From: Malacoraja senta
Taxonomy: Eukaryota
Direction of reading: 5' to 3'
NCBI GenBank assembly: GCA_038087875.1
Contig: CM075992.1
Span: forward strand, 7,442,001-7,506,000
Length of the DNA: 64,000 nucleotides
This document shows positions 1 to 12,440 of this stretch, in pieces. The notes under the pieces are model-generated. The model was not told the DNA's origin. It did not search any database and saw only the letters and a program-made list of their open reading frames with translations. The position numbers and the translations under genes are program-made. Every line of letters begins with the position of its first letter. The first letter of the stretch is position 1.

Positions 1-408
1 AAATGCTGCCTTTCCCGGTGAGTTGTCTATCTTATGGCCTACCTGAGGATAGATTGTGAGTTTCAGTCACACTGTTGGCCTGCATACATGAAGCCTCTGC
101 CAGTTGATGAAGAGTGCGCTGTCTGTGATGTTAGTACCGACATGTTTGTGTGTTGCTCTGGACAAGTAGGCTGCAGAGTCGCGTTCATTCAAGGCTTATC
201 TAACATGGGCAAAATGGCTCAGTGATGTGCATAACACACGTGTGCAGGATATACCAGGTTGTCGATTCCAACCCAACCTACTTGTTGTGACAATAACGAA
301 CTAATTTCACTGTACCTTAATTGGTACATGTGACAATTAAATTAAATCATGAATCTTGAACTGCTGATGAAAAGTTGGGCCTTGGCTGTGACTAGCCTTA
401 GTGGATAA

Positions 409-712
409 GGGTGGCACGGTGGCGCAGGCGTAGAGCTGCTACCTTACAGTGCCAGAGACCCAGGTTCGATCCTGACTATGGCTGCTTCTCTGTAAAGAGT
501 TTGTACGTTCTCCCCGTGACTTGCAAGGGTTTTTACCTGGATCTCCGGTTTCCTCCTACACTCCAAATACGTACAGTTTTGTAGGCTAATTGTCTTGGTA
601 TATTTGTAAATTGTCCCTAGTGTGCGTAGGATAGTGTTAGTGTGCGGGAATCGCCGGTCGGCACAGACTCGGTGGGCTGAAGGGCCTGTTCCTGTATCTC
701 TAAACTAGACTA
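409..712 (+). mobile_element. tRNA-derived V-SINE (HE1-like)
   Basis: A-box-like GGTGGCGCAG, B-box GGTTCGATCC, V-domain GAGTTTGTACGTTCTCCCCGTG, CR1-like 3' end GAAGGGCCTGTT and (TAAAC)-type tail. More than 20 full or partial copies occur in the window. Confidence 0.8.
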
Positions 713-1197
713 AGAAGATACGGGGTTGGAGGTGGCAAGGACCATTCCTGACATCTGTAATCATTTGCTTTCTCACTAATGAAACTGACTGAAAGTGGGG
801 AAATGGAAGGTATCTAAACCAAATAGTGCATGCAGTTTGAATCTAGACCTTGATCAGAGTGCAGGGAAGATTTACGAAGATGTTGCCAGGACTTGAGGGC
901 CTGAGCTATAGGGAGAGGTTGAGCAGGCTACGTGACATCTCGGGTCATGATCCTTTTACAGACTAATTGCAGTAGGGTGAGCAAAGGAAAAAAAAACTGG
1001 AAGCGACTTCATAAAAAAAAAAGAGCAGGATATTTCATGAATGTGTGATGGTTTACTGGAATCTAGAGACCGGATTCACTGCAGGCTGAGCTGATTTTAA
1101 AACCGTGATCGATCGAGGAACCAGCTTACTGTATAAGTGAGGATATTGGCTTCTCTAATGTTTACTGATAGTAGCTATGTCCTATGTTTAATGGTAG

Positions 1198-1333
1198 GAG
1201 AACCAGCCTTCGCGCCTGGCTCCACTGCCGAACTCTGCCACTCGCATGAGCCCTGTGCGACACAGACAGTTCACTAGTACATCGCTTGCTGATGATCAGA
1301 AGGATGCAGCTGGGAAGTCAAACTCTGATGCAG
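1198..1333 (+). CDS. Candidate upstream coding exon (possibly a long SYDE1 isoform)
   Basis: AG at 1196-1197, open frame ENQPSRLAPLPNSATRMSPVRHRQFTSTSLADDQKDAAGKSNSDA+G, strong donor CAG|GTAGGT at 1334. The phase-1 end is compatible with the exon at 42929. Polypyrimidine tract is weak and no homology was recognised. Confidence 0.2.
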
Positions 1334-1685
1334 GTAGGTGGGTGAAACCCGCTGGTTCTTGTCTGACACAAGGTAGACAGCGCTTTTGTCTCGGTGATCT
1401 ATCTGCATTGTTTGACATGCTAATCTCCTCATTTTGAAATTCTTTGTTCACATTAGAATTACCCTGCAAATTTTTCATATTGCATGAGACAAGCTGACCT
1501 TGACCTCCACTGGTATCTGGAACTGTGTAAATAATAAGAAATTCGCAGCAGCTTAAATCCATGATACTTTGGATCTGCTCTGCCTTTCAGTATGATCGCC
1601 GCTGAATTCCCCTTTCCTCCTCTCACCAGGTTTAGGTATATTATTGTCACGTGCACAATGGTACAGTGAAAGGCTTTGTTTTGCT

Positions 1686-2001
1686 TGTTTAGTTTAGTTT
1701 ACAACTACAGGATGGAAACGGGCCCTTCGGCCCACCGAGTCCGCACCGACCAGCGATCCCCGCTCATTAACCCTATCCTACACACACTAGGGACAATGTT
1801 ACACCAAGCCAATTAACCTACACACCTTTAAATCTTTGGAGTGTGGGAGGAAACCGAAGATCTCGGTGAAAACCCACGCGGACACGGAGCAAATGTACTG
1901 ACTCCGTACAGACAGCACCCGTAGTCGGGATCGAACCCGGGTCTCTAGAGCTGCAAACGCTGTAGGCAGCAACTCTACCACTGCGCCACCGTTGTCGCCC
2001 C
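1686..2001 (-). mobile_element. HE1-like SINE
   Basis: Reverse complement of the same consensus with a (GTTTA)n tail on the + strand. Confidence 0.8.
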
Positions 2002-2424
2002 AAGTGTTATCCCACGAAATTCGATAATACCATACGTAAATGCAATTAAGTCAAACTCGAGTACAATAGGTAGAGGAAAGGGGTGCAGAATATAGTTCTC
2101 AGCATTATAGTTCGTCACCTCCACAGACAAAGTCCATTTTCTCGGGTTGAGGTGGATCAGATAGCACCCTAGCTTATGGAAGAACCGTTCTGAGCCTGAT
2201 AGCAGAAGGGAAGAAGCTATACCTGCTGCTACACCTTGCCACATCCTCCCAATTCCCATTTGGTACCTGAACTGTCAGACATTCTTGAATGCACCCAAAG
2301 CATCCTCAGACAGCTGTTTGCTAATGTATTTTGATTTTTTTCATGTGCTTTAATGGGTTATTATGTAATAATCATCAGTTTATTATATCTGTCATGCCCA
2401 ATGCTCTCCACCATCAACCTTCCA

Positions 2425-2955
2425 TCATTTATTTTATTGTCACGTGAACCAGGGTATAGTGAAATAGTTTTGTTACATGCTAACCAGTCAGCAGAAAGAC
2501 AATACATGATCATAATCGAGCTGTCCACAATGTACACATACATGATAAAGGTTTAACATTTAGCACAAGATAAAGTCCAAATCAAAGACAGTCCGAGGGT
2601 CTCCAATGAGGTAGATAGTTACTCAGGACTGGTCTTTAGTCGGTGATAGTTGCCTGATAACAGCTGGGAAGAAACTGTCCCTGAATCTGGAGGTGTGCGT
2701 TTTCACACTTCTATACCTCTTGCCTGATGGGAGAGGGGAGAAGAGGGAGTGGCCAGTGTGTGACTGGTCCTTGATAATGCTGTGCTGGCCTTGCCGAGGC
2801 AGCGTGAGGTGTAGATTGAGTCAATGGAAGGGAGGTTGGTTTGTGTGATGGTCTGGGTCGCGTCCACAATTTTCTGCAATTTCTTGCAGTCTTGCATGGA
2901 GCTGTTCCCAAATCATGGCTGTGACGCATCCCGATAAAATGTTTTCCTTGGAGCA
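2425..2955 (-). mobile_element. Rex1/Babar-like LINE 3' fragment
   Basis: LQKIVDATQTITQTNLPSIDSIYTSRCLGKA...HPGH-type C-terminus. Related copies at ~10735-11435, 12830-13420, 17700-18470, 19530-19800 (+) and 56065-56520. Confidence 0.7.
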
Positions 2956-3466
2956 AAAGTCATATGATTGTTTGTGTTCCTAGATTACTGTTGAATTGTG
3001 AACATATTTCAGACATCCTAGTTCTTGAGCATTAACCCATAGCATAAATTCTGTACTGAAATGCACGTTTATGAACTTTATTTCAGTTATGCCCAGGTGT
3101 GTATTCTCACATATGACTGCACTAAATCATTGGATACAGGAGAGATTTCATCTTGTTGTCGATCAATACATTTCAATCATTTCTGATGAAATGTCAATGA
3201 GCTGAAACATTAACCTTGTTTCTCTCTCTATTGATGCTGTCTGACCTGAATATTTCTAGTACTTTGTGCTTTCATTTCTGCTTTCAAGCATCAGCAATTT
3301 ATTCTTTTTCAATAATTTTATTATTTCTGCTTGTCAAAAAGAGCTGTATATCCTAAGGCGGGCGAATAAGCAAGCCACGTGTGATGAATCAAAGAGATCT
3401 TTATTGTTGAAGCAAAGAGAACAACACACGCGAATGGGGGAAGGCTAACCCGGGGCTCAATACTTA

Positions 3467-3796
3467 TGGCCCTGTCCCACGATGCGAGTTTATTCAAGAG
3501 CTCTCCCGAGTTTAAAAAAAAATCAAACTCGTGGTAAGCACGGAGAATGAACGTAGCGGGTACGTCGGAGCTCGGGGACATCTCTTAGCGGCTTGTAACG
3601 CTAACGGCAGGTACTCGGGAAGATTCGCTAACATCAGGTAAGCTCGGGAAGACTCGTGAAGATTTTTCAACATGTTCAAAAATGTCCACGAGAGCCCCGA
3701 GTACCGACGAGTGGCCATTGCCGTAAATCTCCGAGTTCGAAACAGGGCAAACTCAGGAGAACTCTTTGAATGAACTCGTACAGTGGGACAGGGCTT
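3467..3796. mobile_element. PIF/Harbinger-like MITE
   Basis: Terminal inverted repeats TGGCCCTGTCCCAC / GTGGGACAGGGCTT flanked by TTA on both sides. Confidence 0.7.
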
Positions 3797-4412
3797 TTAA
3801 ACTAGGGCACACCCCTAAACCTCGTGACAACTTATTCCCGCCATTACCCAGTCACGTGACCCTACCCCCGACTGCCGAGGGTTCGCATAGTAAGTGGTGT
3901 AACCACCGGGTGGCGCCACAATCCCACTATTCGCCTTTTTTTTCTCTTCTTAAAATCGGTGCTTTTTGACTCTCGTGCATGGTTTTATTTTATTCTTGCA
4001 GTGTAGAAAATTAAAAATAAACAAACAAGTTACGATAAACGAACGAGGAAATAAGACACTGTCTGAAATATTCCAACTTCACAGCCAGTATGCGGCTTCA
4101 ATTATCACATGAAATAGGGGGTTATAAAGTAATTGAATTGTTTTGCTGCCTTCCATCCCACTCGCTGTTTAGTCTATCTCCAGAGCAGCTATTTGGCGAG
4201 GTCTCAAGATCAAGTTGAGTTCACAGAGCAGATGGGAGGAGATTGGAGATGGCACGGTTGATCCTGATCTCGGGTGCTGTCTGTGTGGAATTTTACACAT
4301 TCTCCCTGTGACCGCGTGGGTTTTCACCGGGTGCTCCCGTTTCCTCTCACTTCCCAAGAATGTGGGAATTTGTAGATTAAAGGGCCTCTGTGAAATTGCT
4401 CCTAATATTTCC

Positions 4413-4710
4413 TTTAGTTTAGTCATATCATGGAAACAGGCCCTTCGGCCCACCGAGTCTGTACCGACCAGCGAACCCTGCACACTAACACTACCTTACA
4501 CACACTAGGGACAATTTTACATTTATATCAAGCCAATTAACCGACATACCTATACGTCTTTGGAGTATGGGAGGAGACCAATGATCTCAGAGAAAACCCA
4601 CGCAGGGAGAACGTATAAACTCCGTACAGACAGCACTCGTAGTCAGGATTGAACCCGGGTCTCTGACGCTGTAAGGCAGTAGCTCTACCGCTGCGCCACT
4701 GTGCTGCGCC
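4413..4710 (-). mobile_element. HE1-like SINE
   Basis: Same consensus, minus strand. Confidence 0.75.
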
Positions 4711-5119
4711 AGATGTAAGAATATGTAAGGAACTGATGAGAAATTGAGATAACATAGATCTACTGTGAATAGGTCGGCATGGATTCAATGGCCCAAAGGG
4801 CCTGTTTCCTTGCTGTGTCTATATCTCTATCTCTATATACGGAAGGATAGGGAAAGATGAGAGTTCAAGGCAAGGCAAAAGGCTTGGGGAATCAATAAAG
4901 AGATCCCAAACAACACACTCCATATTTGTATAGTGGATATTATGATGTAAAGTTCACCCTAAGTACTGCGCTGCAAACGTTAGCACAATGCACCAGAAAG
5001 TAAGCAAATAAGCCCAAAATAAACACTACTTGTTCCGTCTTGTCTGAAGAAGGATCTCGACCCGAAACGCCACCCATTCCTTCTATCCAGAGATGCTGCC
5101 TGTCCCGCTGAGTTACTCC

Positions 5120-5319
5120 NNNNNNNNNNNNNNNNNNNNNNNNNNNNNNNNNNNNNNNNNNNNNNNNNNNNNNNNNNNNNNNNNNNNNNNNNNNNNNNNN
5201 NNNNNNNNNNNNNNNNNNNNNNNNNNNNNNNNNNNNNNNNNNNNNNNNNNNNNNNNNNNNNNNNNNNNNNNNNNNNNNNNNNNNNNNNNNNNNNNNNNNN
5301 NNNNNNNNNNNNNNNNNNN
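5120..5319. other. Assembly gap (200 N)
   Basis: Run of N next to C-rich low-complexity sequence. Confidence 1.
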
Positions 5320-6403
5320 CCTCCCATTCCCAGTCTCCCCCCCTTCCCGGTCTTCCCTCCCCCTCCGTCTCCCCTCCCCCTGTCTCCCCCCCGTCTCCCC
5401 TCCCTATCTACCCTCCCTCCGTCCACTCCCTATATCCCCTCCCTCCCTATATCCCCTCCCCCAATCTTCTATCCCATCCCCCCCTCCCCAACACCTCCCT
5501 CCCCATCTACCCCTCTCCTTCCCCACCCAAAGACTTGTGCACATCAGGCGAGTGGGGATTACATGGGGCAGATGCAATGGGCGAGACAGATTTCCAAACA
5601 GCATATCTCCTCCCTTCTCCCAGCCTGGGAGGGGGGGGGGATAATGGAGCGAGTGAAGAGGGCTATTCCCAAGAAATGTTGCGTTGGAGTGGACCTTTTT
5701 AAGAAAGTACAAGGGAATAAGTGCAGTTGCTGCAGAGAAAACAGAGCGCACATACTCAGCGGCAACTGTTGATAATTCATTTGGATGAAATGAAACAAGT
5801 CAGTGAGTGTGAAGACTGAGGAATGTGTTTGAGTTACAGTCTGGAACATGGCACTGTGGACGGTAACATCAATAAAAGGGATAAAACAGCCTTGCAGGGA
5901 TGATTGGTGTCATATGATTTTACTTTAGCAGACGCAGTCTTTTCATTCGTTTTGTCAGACCACTGGACTTCTGTCTTAACAACATCCCCTTTAAGGCCCC
6001 ATCCTGTTTGCCGTGACAAAAATGTTGGGATTGGTTCGAAATGGCAGTGACTTGTGTCACTGACTGTTTGTTTCACAACAGATTGAAACCCTCCCCAGTA
6101 TCCCGATTGCTAATTTTAACATCGTCAACCCAACATTCCTACTGTGAGCAGCAGCATCACTGGAAAAAATTGTTAGCGGGATTTTAAAAATAATTTCTTT
6201 ATTGACTTTAACTTCTGAGCTGCAGCACTCCAGGGAGATGTGGCGAAGAGTGAACAAAAGGCTCTTAAATTGACCTGCCTGTTGAACAGAGGGTCTGTTG
6301 ATGTTCTGGGTGGTGGCCGGGTGGGGTGGTGCCACATGTGAGCTTGCCTCTGGGTGATCAATGGAGGTCTTTGGAGATGGGGGGGGTAGGACCTCCATCA
6401 AGA

Positions 6404-6668
6404 ACCACGGTGGCGCAGCGGTAGATTCTCTGCCTCACGGCGCCAGAGGCCCCGGTTTGATCCCGACCTCGGGTGCAGTCTGTACAGAGTTTGCACCTTC
6501 CCCCTGTAACCACGTGGGTTTTCTCCGGGTGCTCCGGTTTCCTCCCACATCCCAAAGGTTTGTAGGTTAATTGGCTTTGGTAAAATTGTAAATTGTCCCT
6601 AGTGTGTTGGATAGTGCTTGCGGACTTGGTGGGCCGAAGGACCTGTTTCTGCGCTGTATCTCTGAAGT
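6404..6668 (+). mobile_element. HE1-like SINE
   Basis: Same consensus. Confidence 0.75.
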
Positions 6669-7431
6669 CTACTGTCTAATGTAAACCAGCCCTGCTTTGA
6701 TCAACGTAACATTGGGCCAAAGTCTATGCAGGTTCTGTGCTGGAATGAGTGATTGTTGGCAGAAAAGAGTGCAAGATGTTAGCGGCAACACACACTGCTG
6801 GCAGCATCGCATAGGGAAGGACACAGAATAGGAAAAAGGACACAAAGTTCTGTAGCAACAGCATCTTGGGAGAACATGGATGGTGGCATTTAAGGTCAAG
6901 ACTCTTCTTCAGACTTAACTAGCATTTGCAGTTCTTTGTTGTTACAGAATAGGAATCTGATCTTTCAAACTGGGGCTGGAGAGAGTATCTTGAATCAGGC
7001 AAAGCTCCTGTTATTGGGGACCAGAGACCGTCTCCTAATACACGCAGAGTCAGAGGAAGTTGGCCCAAACTGCAGTCCATGCCTTAACCTTCAGTTTCTC
7101 AGTGAACCCTCAATTCCAAAGCTCGGAATCGGCACCGAGTCTATCATGCCTAGATTTAAAATTCTTAGAGTCATAGAGTGATACAGCGTGGAAACAGGCC
7201 CTTCGGCTCAACTTGCCCACACCGGCCAACAATGTCCCAGCTACACTAGTCCCACCTGCCTGCGTTTGTCCCATGTCCCTTCAAACCTATCCTATCCATG
7301 TACCTGTCTAACTGTTTCTTAAATGTTGGGATAGTCCCAGCCTCAACTACCTCCTCCAGCAGCTTGCTCCATACACCCACCTCCCTTTGTGTGGAAAAGT
7401 CACCCTGCAGATTCCTATTAAATTCCTATTC

Positions 7432-7749
7432 AATAGACAATAGACAATAGGTGCAGGAGTAGGCCATTTTGCCCTACGAGCCAGCACCGCCATTCAATGT
7501 GATCATGGCTGATCATCCCCAATCAGTACTCCGTTCCTGCCTTCTCCCCATATCCCCTGACCGCTATTTTTAAGAGCCCTATCTAGCTCTCTCTTGAAAG
7601 CATCCAGAGAACCTGCCTCCACCGCCCTCTGAGGCAGAGAATTCCACAGACTCACCACTCTCTGTGAGAAAAAGTGTTTCCTCGTCTCCATTCTAAATGG
7701 CTTACTCCTTATTCTTAAACTGTGGCCCCTGGTTCTGGACTCCCCCAAC
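7432..7749 (-). mobile_element. CR1 (HER1-like) LINE 3' fragment
   Basis: ESRTRGHSLRIRSKPFRMETRKHFFSQRVVSLWNSLP (CR1 ORF2 C-terminus) and (CTATTGT)n tail. Confidence 0.85.
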
Positions 7750-7979
7750 TCCCTATTCCTATTTTCTATTTCTGTGGACAGGGAATCCCTAAGTAATTTT
7801 CCACATTGCTGTTTAAAATCTCTGCAGTAAATGCTTGGTTAAAAATATAACTCATCCTCGATGGCAGTGGGAAGTGCAATTGACAGGCCCAATGCCTCAC
7901 GGCACCAGAGGCTCAGGCACAGTCCTTACTGTGCAGAGTTTGGAAAAAGTGACCCCTCAGATTCCTATTGTTTATTCTT

Positions 7980-8284
7980 TGTTTAGTTTAGTTTAGAGAT
8001 ACAGCTCGGAAACTGGCCCTTCGGCCCCCTGCGTCCGCGCCAACCAGCGATCACCCATACACTAGCACTATCCTACATATTACGGACAATTTTACAGAAG
8101 TCAATTAACTTACAACCCTGTATGTCTTTGGTATGTGGGAGGAAACCGGAGCACCCGGAGAAAGCCCACGTGGTCACGGGGACAATGTACAAACTCCGCA
8201 CAGACAGCACCCAGAGCCAGGATTGAATCCGGGTCTCTGGCGCTGTAAGGCAGCAACTCTACCGCTGCGCCACCATGCCGCCCT
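7980..8284 (-). mobile_element. HE1-like SINE
   Basis: Same consensus, minus strand. Confidence 0.75.
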
Positions 8285-8573
8285 TCTCATCCCTGGCTGT
8301 TTCTTCCTCAGCCTTCAAGCCTCCAACTCTATGATATGAATATTAGCTGCCTGAACTGCTTTCTTCAACTGAGCAATGCTGTGTATGTTCCACCTCTTTC
8401 ACTGATCATTATATCTTATGCCTTGGTTGGGCATTGTGTTCTAGTTCCTCCATTCCAGGATGGATTTGGAGGCAATAGTTGGTGAGGGGATGGTTCAGTT
8501 GCCTGATAACAGTTGGGAAGAAACTGTCTCTGAATCTGGAGTTTTCACACTTCTGTACCTCTTGCCTGATGGA

Positions 8574-8856
8574 GGCACAGTGGCGCAGCGGTAGAGTTGC
8601 TGCCTCACAGCACCAGAGACCTGGCTTTGATCCTGACTATGGGTGCTGTCTGTACGGAGTTTGCACGTTCTCCGTGGGTTTTCTGCGAGATCTTCGGTTT
8701 CCTCCCACACTCCAAAGACTTACAGGTTTGTAGGTTAATTGGCTTGGTGTAAATGTTAAAATTGTCCCTAGTGTGTGTACTGTGCGGGGATTGCTGGTCG
8801 GTGCGGACTCGGTGGGCTGAAGACCCTGTTTCCGCGCTGTATCTCGAAACTAAACA
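8574..8856 (+). mobile_element. HE1-like SINE inserted in a Rex1-like fragment
   Basis: Same consensus with (CTAAA) tail. Confidence 0.75.
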
Positions 8857-11562
8857 TATAGCTAAAGAGGGTAGGCAGGAACTGCTGATGCTGGTTGAAA
8901 CTGACGATAGACACAAACTGCAGGGATAGGCGGCATCTCTGGATAGAAGGAATGGGTTACGTTTCGGGTCGAGACCCTTCTTCAGAGTGAAGTAGGGTGT
9001 TGACCCGAAACGTCACCCATTCCTTCTGTCCAGAGATGTTGCCTGTCCCGTTAAACTAAAGAGGGGGTGACTGGGGTTAAACTGGTTCTTGATTATGCTG
9101 CTGGCCCTTGCCGAGGCAACGTGAAGTGTAAAAGGAGCCAGTGGTTGAATGAGACCAGCAGGATAATGTGGTGTGAAGCTCTTGTCCAGAGCTGGCTGCT
9201 GCAATGGTTTACAGCACCTGCTGTCCTGTGCACTCAGGCTTAATCTGTGTTTGGTGTTGTGGTTTGTAGAGATAACAGGTGGATAACACTGGCCTGACTG
9301 GAGATAATACCGGCCATTTCCACAGTGATTGTGGACAGTGTGGCAAGCCAATTGTGATCTGGTTACAGGGACTACATCAGAGCTACACTGAGGTCTGATA
9401 AGAAGGGTCCCAACCCAAAATAGTCACCTCACCTACCCACGTCCTCCAGAGATGTTTCCTGACCCGCTGATTTACTCCAGCACTTTGTGAATGGTTTTTT
9501 TACAGTGCAGAAACTGACATTGAAACCAAACTGGAGAGACAGAGATCGGCCCAAAGCACAGAGTCTCTTGCACAGAGTCTCTTGCCCAGTGTAGTGGAAT
9601 CGAGAACCAGTAGACATAGGACATAGGTTTATGATGAGGGAGGGGGGGATTTAATAGGAACCTGACGGCAAACTTTTTTCACAAAAATGGTGATGGGTGT
9701 AATGAACGAGCTGCCAGAGGAGGTAGTTGAGGCTGGTTCCATTGCAACGTTTAAGAAATATTTAGACGGGTACATGGATAGGCAGGTTTATAGGGATATG
9801 GGTGAAATGGCTAGGTTTATAGGGATATGGGCAGGTGGGTCTTATGTAAATGGGTCATGTTGGCCGGTGTGGGCACGTTGGGCCTATGGGCCTGTTTCCA
9901 CGCTGTATCACTCTATGAATCTATGACTCTATGAGACGAGAGGGTGCAGTCTTGAGTAAATCTTGCATCGTGCAGTCTTGCATCTTGAGTAAAATACAAA
10001 CTGCAGGAGTTTTTTTTTTTAACTCAGCGGGTCAGGCAGCATCTGCGGAGGGAAATGAACAAATGGTGTCTTAGTGTAGAAACAAGGAACTGCAGATGCT
10101 GATTGATACACAAAAGAAGAAGTCTCGACCTGAAACGTCACCTGTCCATCCCTGTACTCCAGAGATGTTGCCTGGCCTGCTGAGTTACTCCAGCACTTTA
10201 AGTAAGTAAGTAAGTAAGTTTATTGGCCAAATTTTCACATACAAGGAATTTGCCTTGGTGCTCCGCCCACAAGTAACAACATGACATACAGTGACAGTTA
10301 CGAGTGACTCAGAAAACACTAAACATTAATAATAATAAAACATTAAAGATAAAACACCATTGATCAAGCATGTGAACCAACAAAATACCAGATCAAAGGG
10401 AGGCTACAGATTTTTGGCTGTTGAGTAGAGCAACTACTCGTGGATAAAAACTGTTTTTATGTCTGGCTGTGGCAGCTTTGACAGTCCGGGGTCGCCTTCC
10501 AGAGGGAAGTGATTCAAAGAGTTTGTGGCCAGGGTGAGAGGGGTCAGAGATGATCTTGCCCGCTCGCTTCCTGGCCCTTGCAGTGTCTTTAAATAATATC
10601 TTGGCTTGGGCCTCTTCTTCAGACTGAAGCAAACTAGTTGATGTTGGTAATTCCTTCCACCCTACTATCGCATCCTCTCTCCCTTTAAATGAGACTCTCC
10701 CGTTCATACTTTGCGGGAGAGAGTGCCATGTTTCAGTTTAGTTTATTGTCACATGTACTGTAAAAAGCTTTTGTTGCGTACTAACCAGTCAGCGGAAAGC
10801 CTATACATGAATACAATCGAGCCATCCAGAGTGTACAGATACATAATGAAGGGAATTATGTGAACAATGATTAGTGCAAGATAAGTCCAGTAAAGTCCTA
10901 TCAAAGGTAGTCCGAGGGTCTCCAATGAGGTAGATAGCCTCTAGTTGTGGTAGGTGACAAAGTCAACCCTTTAAAATGACTCATCAATTACACAACTTCA
11001 ACAGAGTTCTACACGGACTTCTACATAGGATGGTTCAGTTGCCTGATAACAGCTGGGATGAAACTGTCCCTGAATCTGTCGTCTGAAGAAGGGTTTCGGC
11101 CCGAAACGTTGCCTATTTCCTCCAGTCTGAAGGAGGGTTTCGGCCCGAAACGTTGCCTATTTCCTTCGCTCCATAGATGCTGCTGCACCCGCTGAGTTTC
11201 TCCAGCACTTTTGTCTACCCTGAATCCGGAGCTGTGTGTTTTCACACTTCCACACCTCTTGCCTGATGGGAGAGGGGAGAAGAGGGAGTGGCCAGGGTGA
11301 GACTGGTCCTTGATTATGCTGCTGGCCTTGTCGGTGTAGATTGAGTCAATGGAAGGGAGGATGGTTTGTGTGATGGTCTGGGCTGCGTCCACACCTCTCT
11401 GCAATGTCATGCGGTCTTGGATGGAGCTGTTTCCTGAAATCCTATTTGGACTAAGCACCAGTTCTAGACTCTTTTGCCTCATTTCTGCTCTCCTACTCAC
11501 CGCCCATTCACACTCCCATTATTACGATATGACAGCTACCCAATCAAACATATCCATCAATG

Positions 11563-12440
11563 TGAAGGAAGGAACTGCAGATGCTGGTTTACACTAAAGA
11601 TAGACACGAAAATGCTGGAGCAACTCAGCGGGACAGGCAGCATCTCTGGATAGAAGGAATGGGTGACATTTCGGGTCGAGACCCTTCTTCAGACTGAAAG
11701 TAAGGGGAGGGGGAGATACAGAGATAAGGAAGTGTAAGGTGTGAAAATGAAACACCAAAGGGGTGTGGATCAGGGAAAATGTAGAATAGATCATTGTTAG
11801 CTAGGAGAAGGTAACAACAAAACAAACGGAGGTAAAATGTAATCAGACAGTCAGGCTGGGAACGAGGAGGGATGGAGAGAGAGGGAGAACAAGGTCTACT
11901 TGAAGTTAGAGAAGTCAATGTTCATACCGCTGGGGTTGGGGTGGAAGATTGCAACCTTCACGTGGTCCGCCCTGTTTCGACGAATGCAATCAACCTGGCG
12001 TGCACAATCAAATAAGATCAAATAGAACACGTTGTCCTACAACTTTAGGCTGTGCACGCCATACGCAAGAAGAAGTCACGGTGGCACAGCGGTAGAGTTG
12101 CTGCCTTACAGCAAAATGCAGCGCCAGTGACTCGGGTTCGATCCCGACTACGGGTGCTGTCTGTATGGAGTTTGTACGTTCTCCCCGTGATCTGCGTGGG
12201 TTTTCTCCGAGATCTTCGGTTTCCTCCCACACTCCAAAGACGTACAGGTTTGTAGGTTAATTGGCTTGTTTAATTGGCTTGATAAAAATGTTAAATTGTC
12301 CAAGTTGGCGATATGCAGAGTACTGCCCTGCCGACTACGAAATTCAGAAGGTTCAGAAGGAAGAAATATCGCTGGGGTGAAAACTTCCCAAGCAAAATAT
12401 GAGGTGCTGTTCCTCCAATTTGCATGCGGCCTCACTCTGT
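11563..12440 (-). mobile_element. Penelope-like element 3' end (GIY-YIG C-terminus plus pLTR), interrupted by a ~430-bp insertion
   Basis: Minus strand 12440-12371 reads QSEAACKLEEQHLIFCLGSFHP and 11940-11896 reads PNPSGMNIDFSNFK*, matching the PLE endonuclease end. CGCTGGGGT is duplicated at 11928 and 12370. The downstream pLTR is the short repeat seen throughout the window. Confidence 0.7.

Noticed and set aside
409..480. tRNA-like A/B boxes as tRNA genes
   Set aside because: They are SINE heads continuing into the V-domain and CR1-like tail, with no complete cloverleaf.
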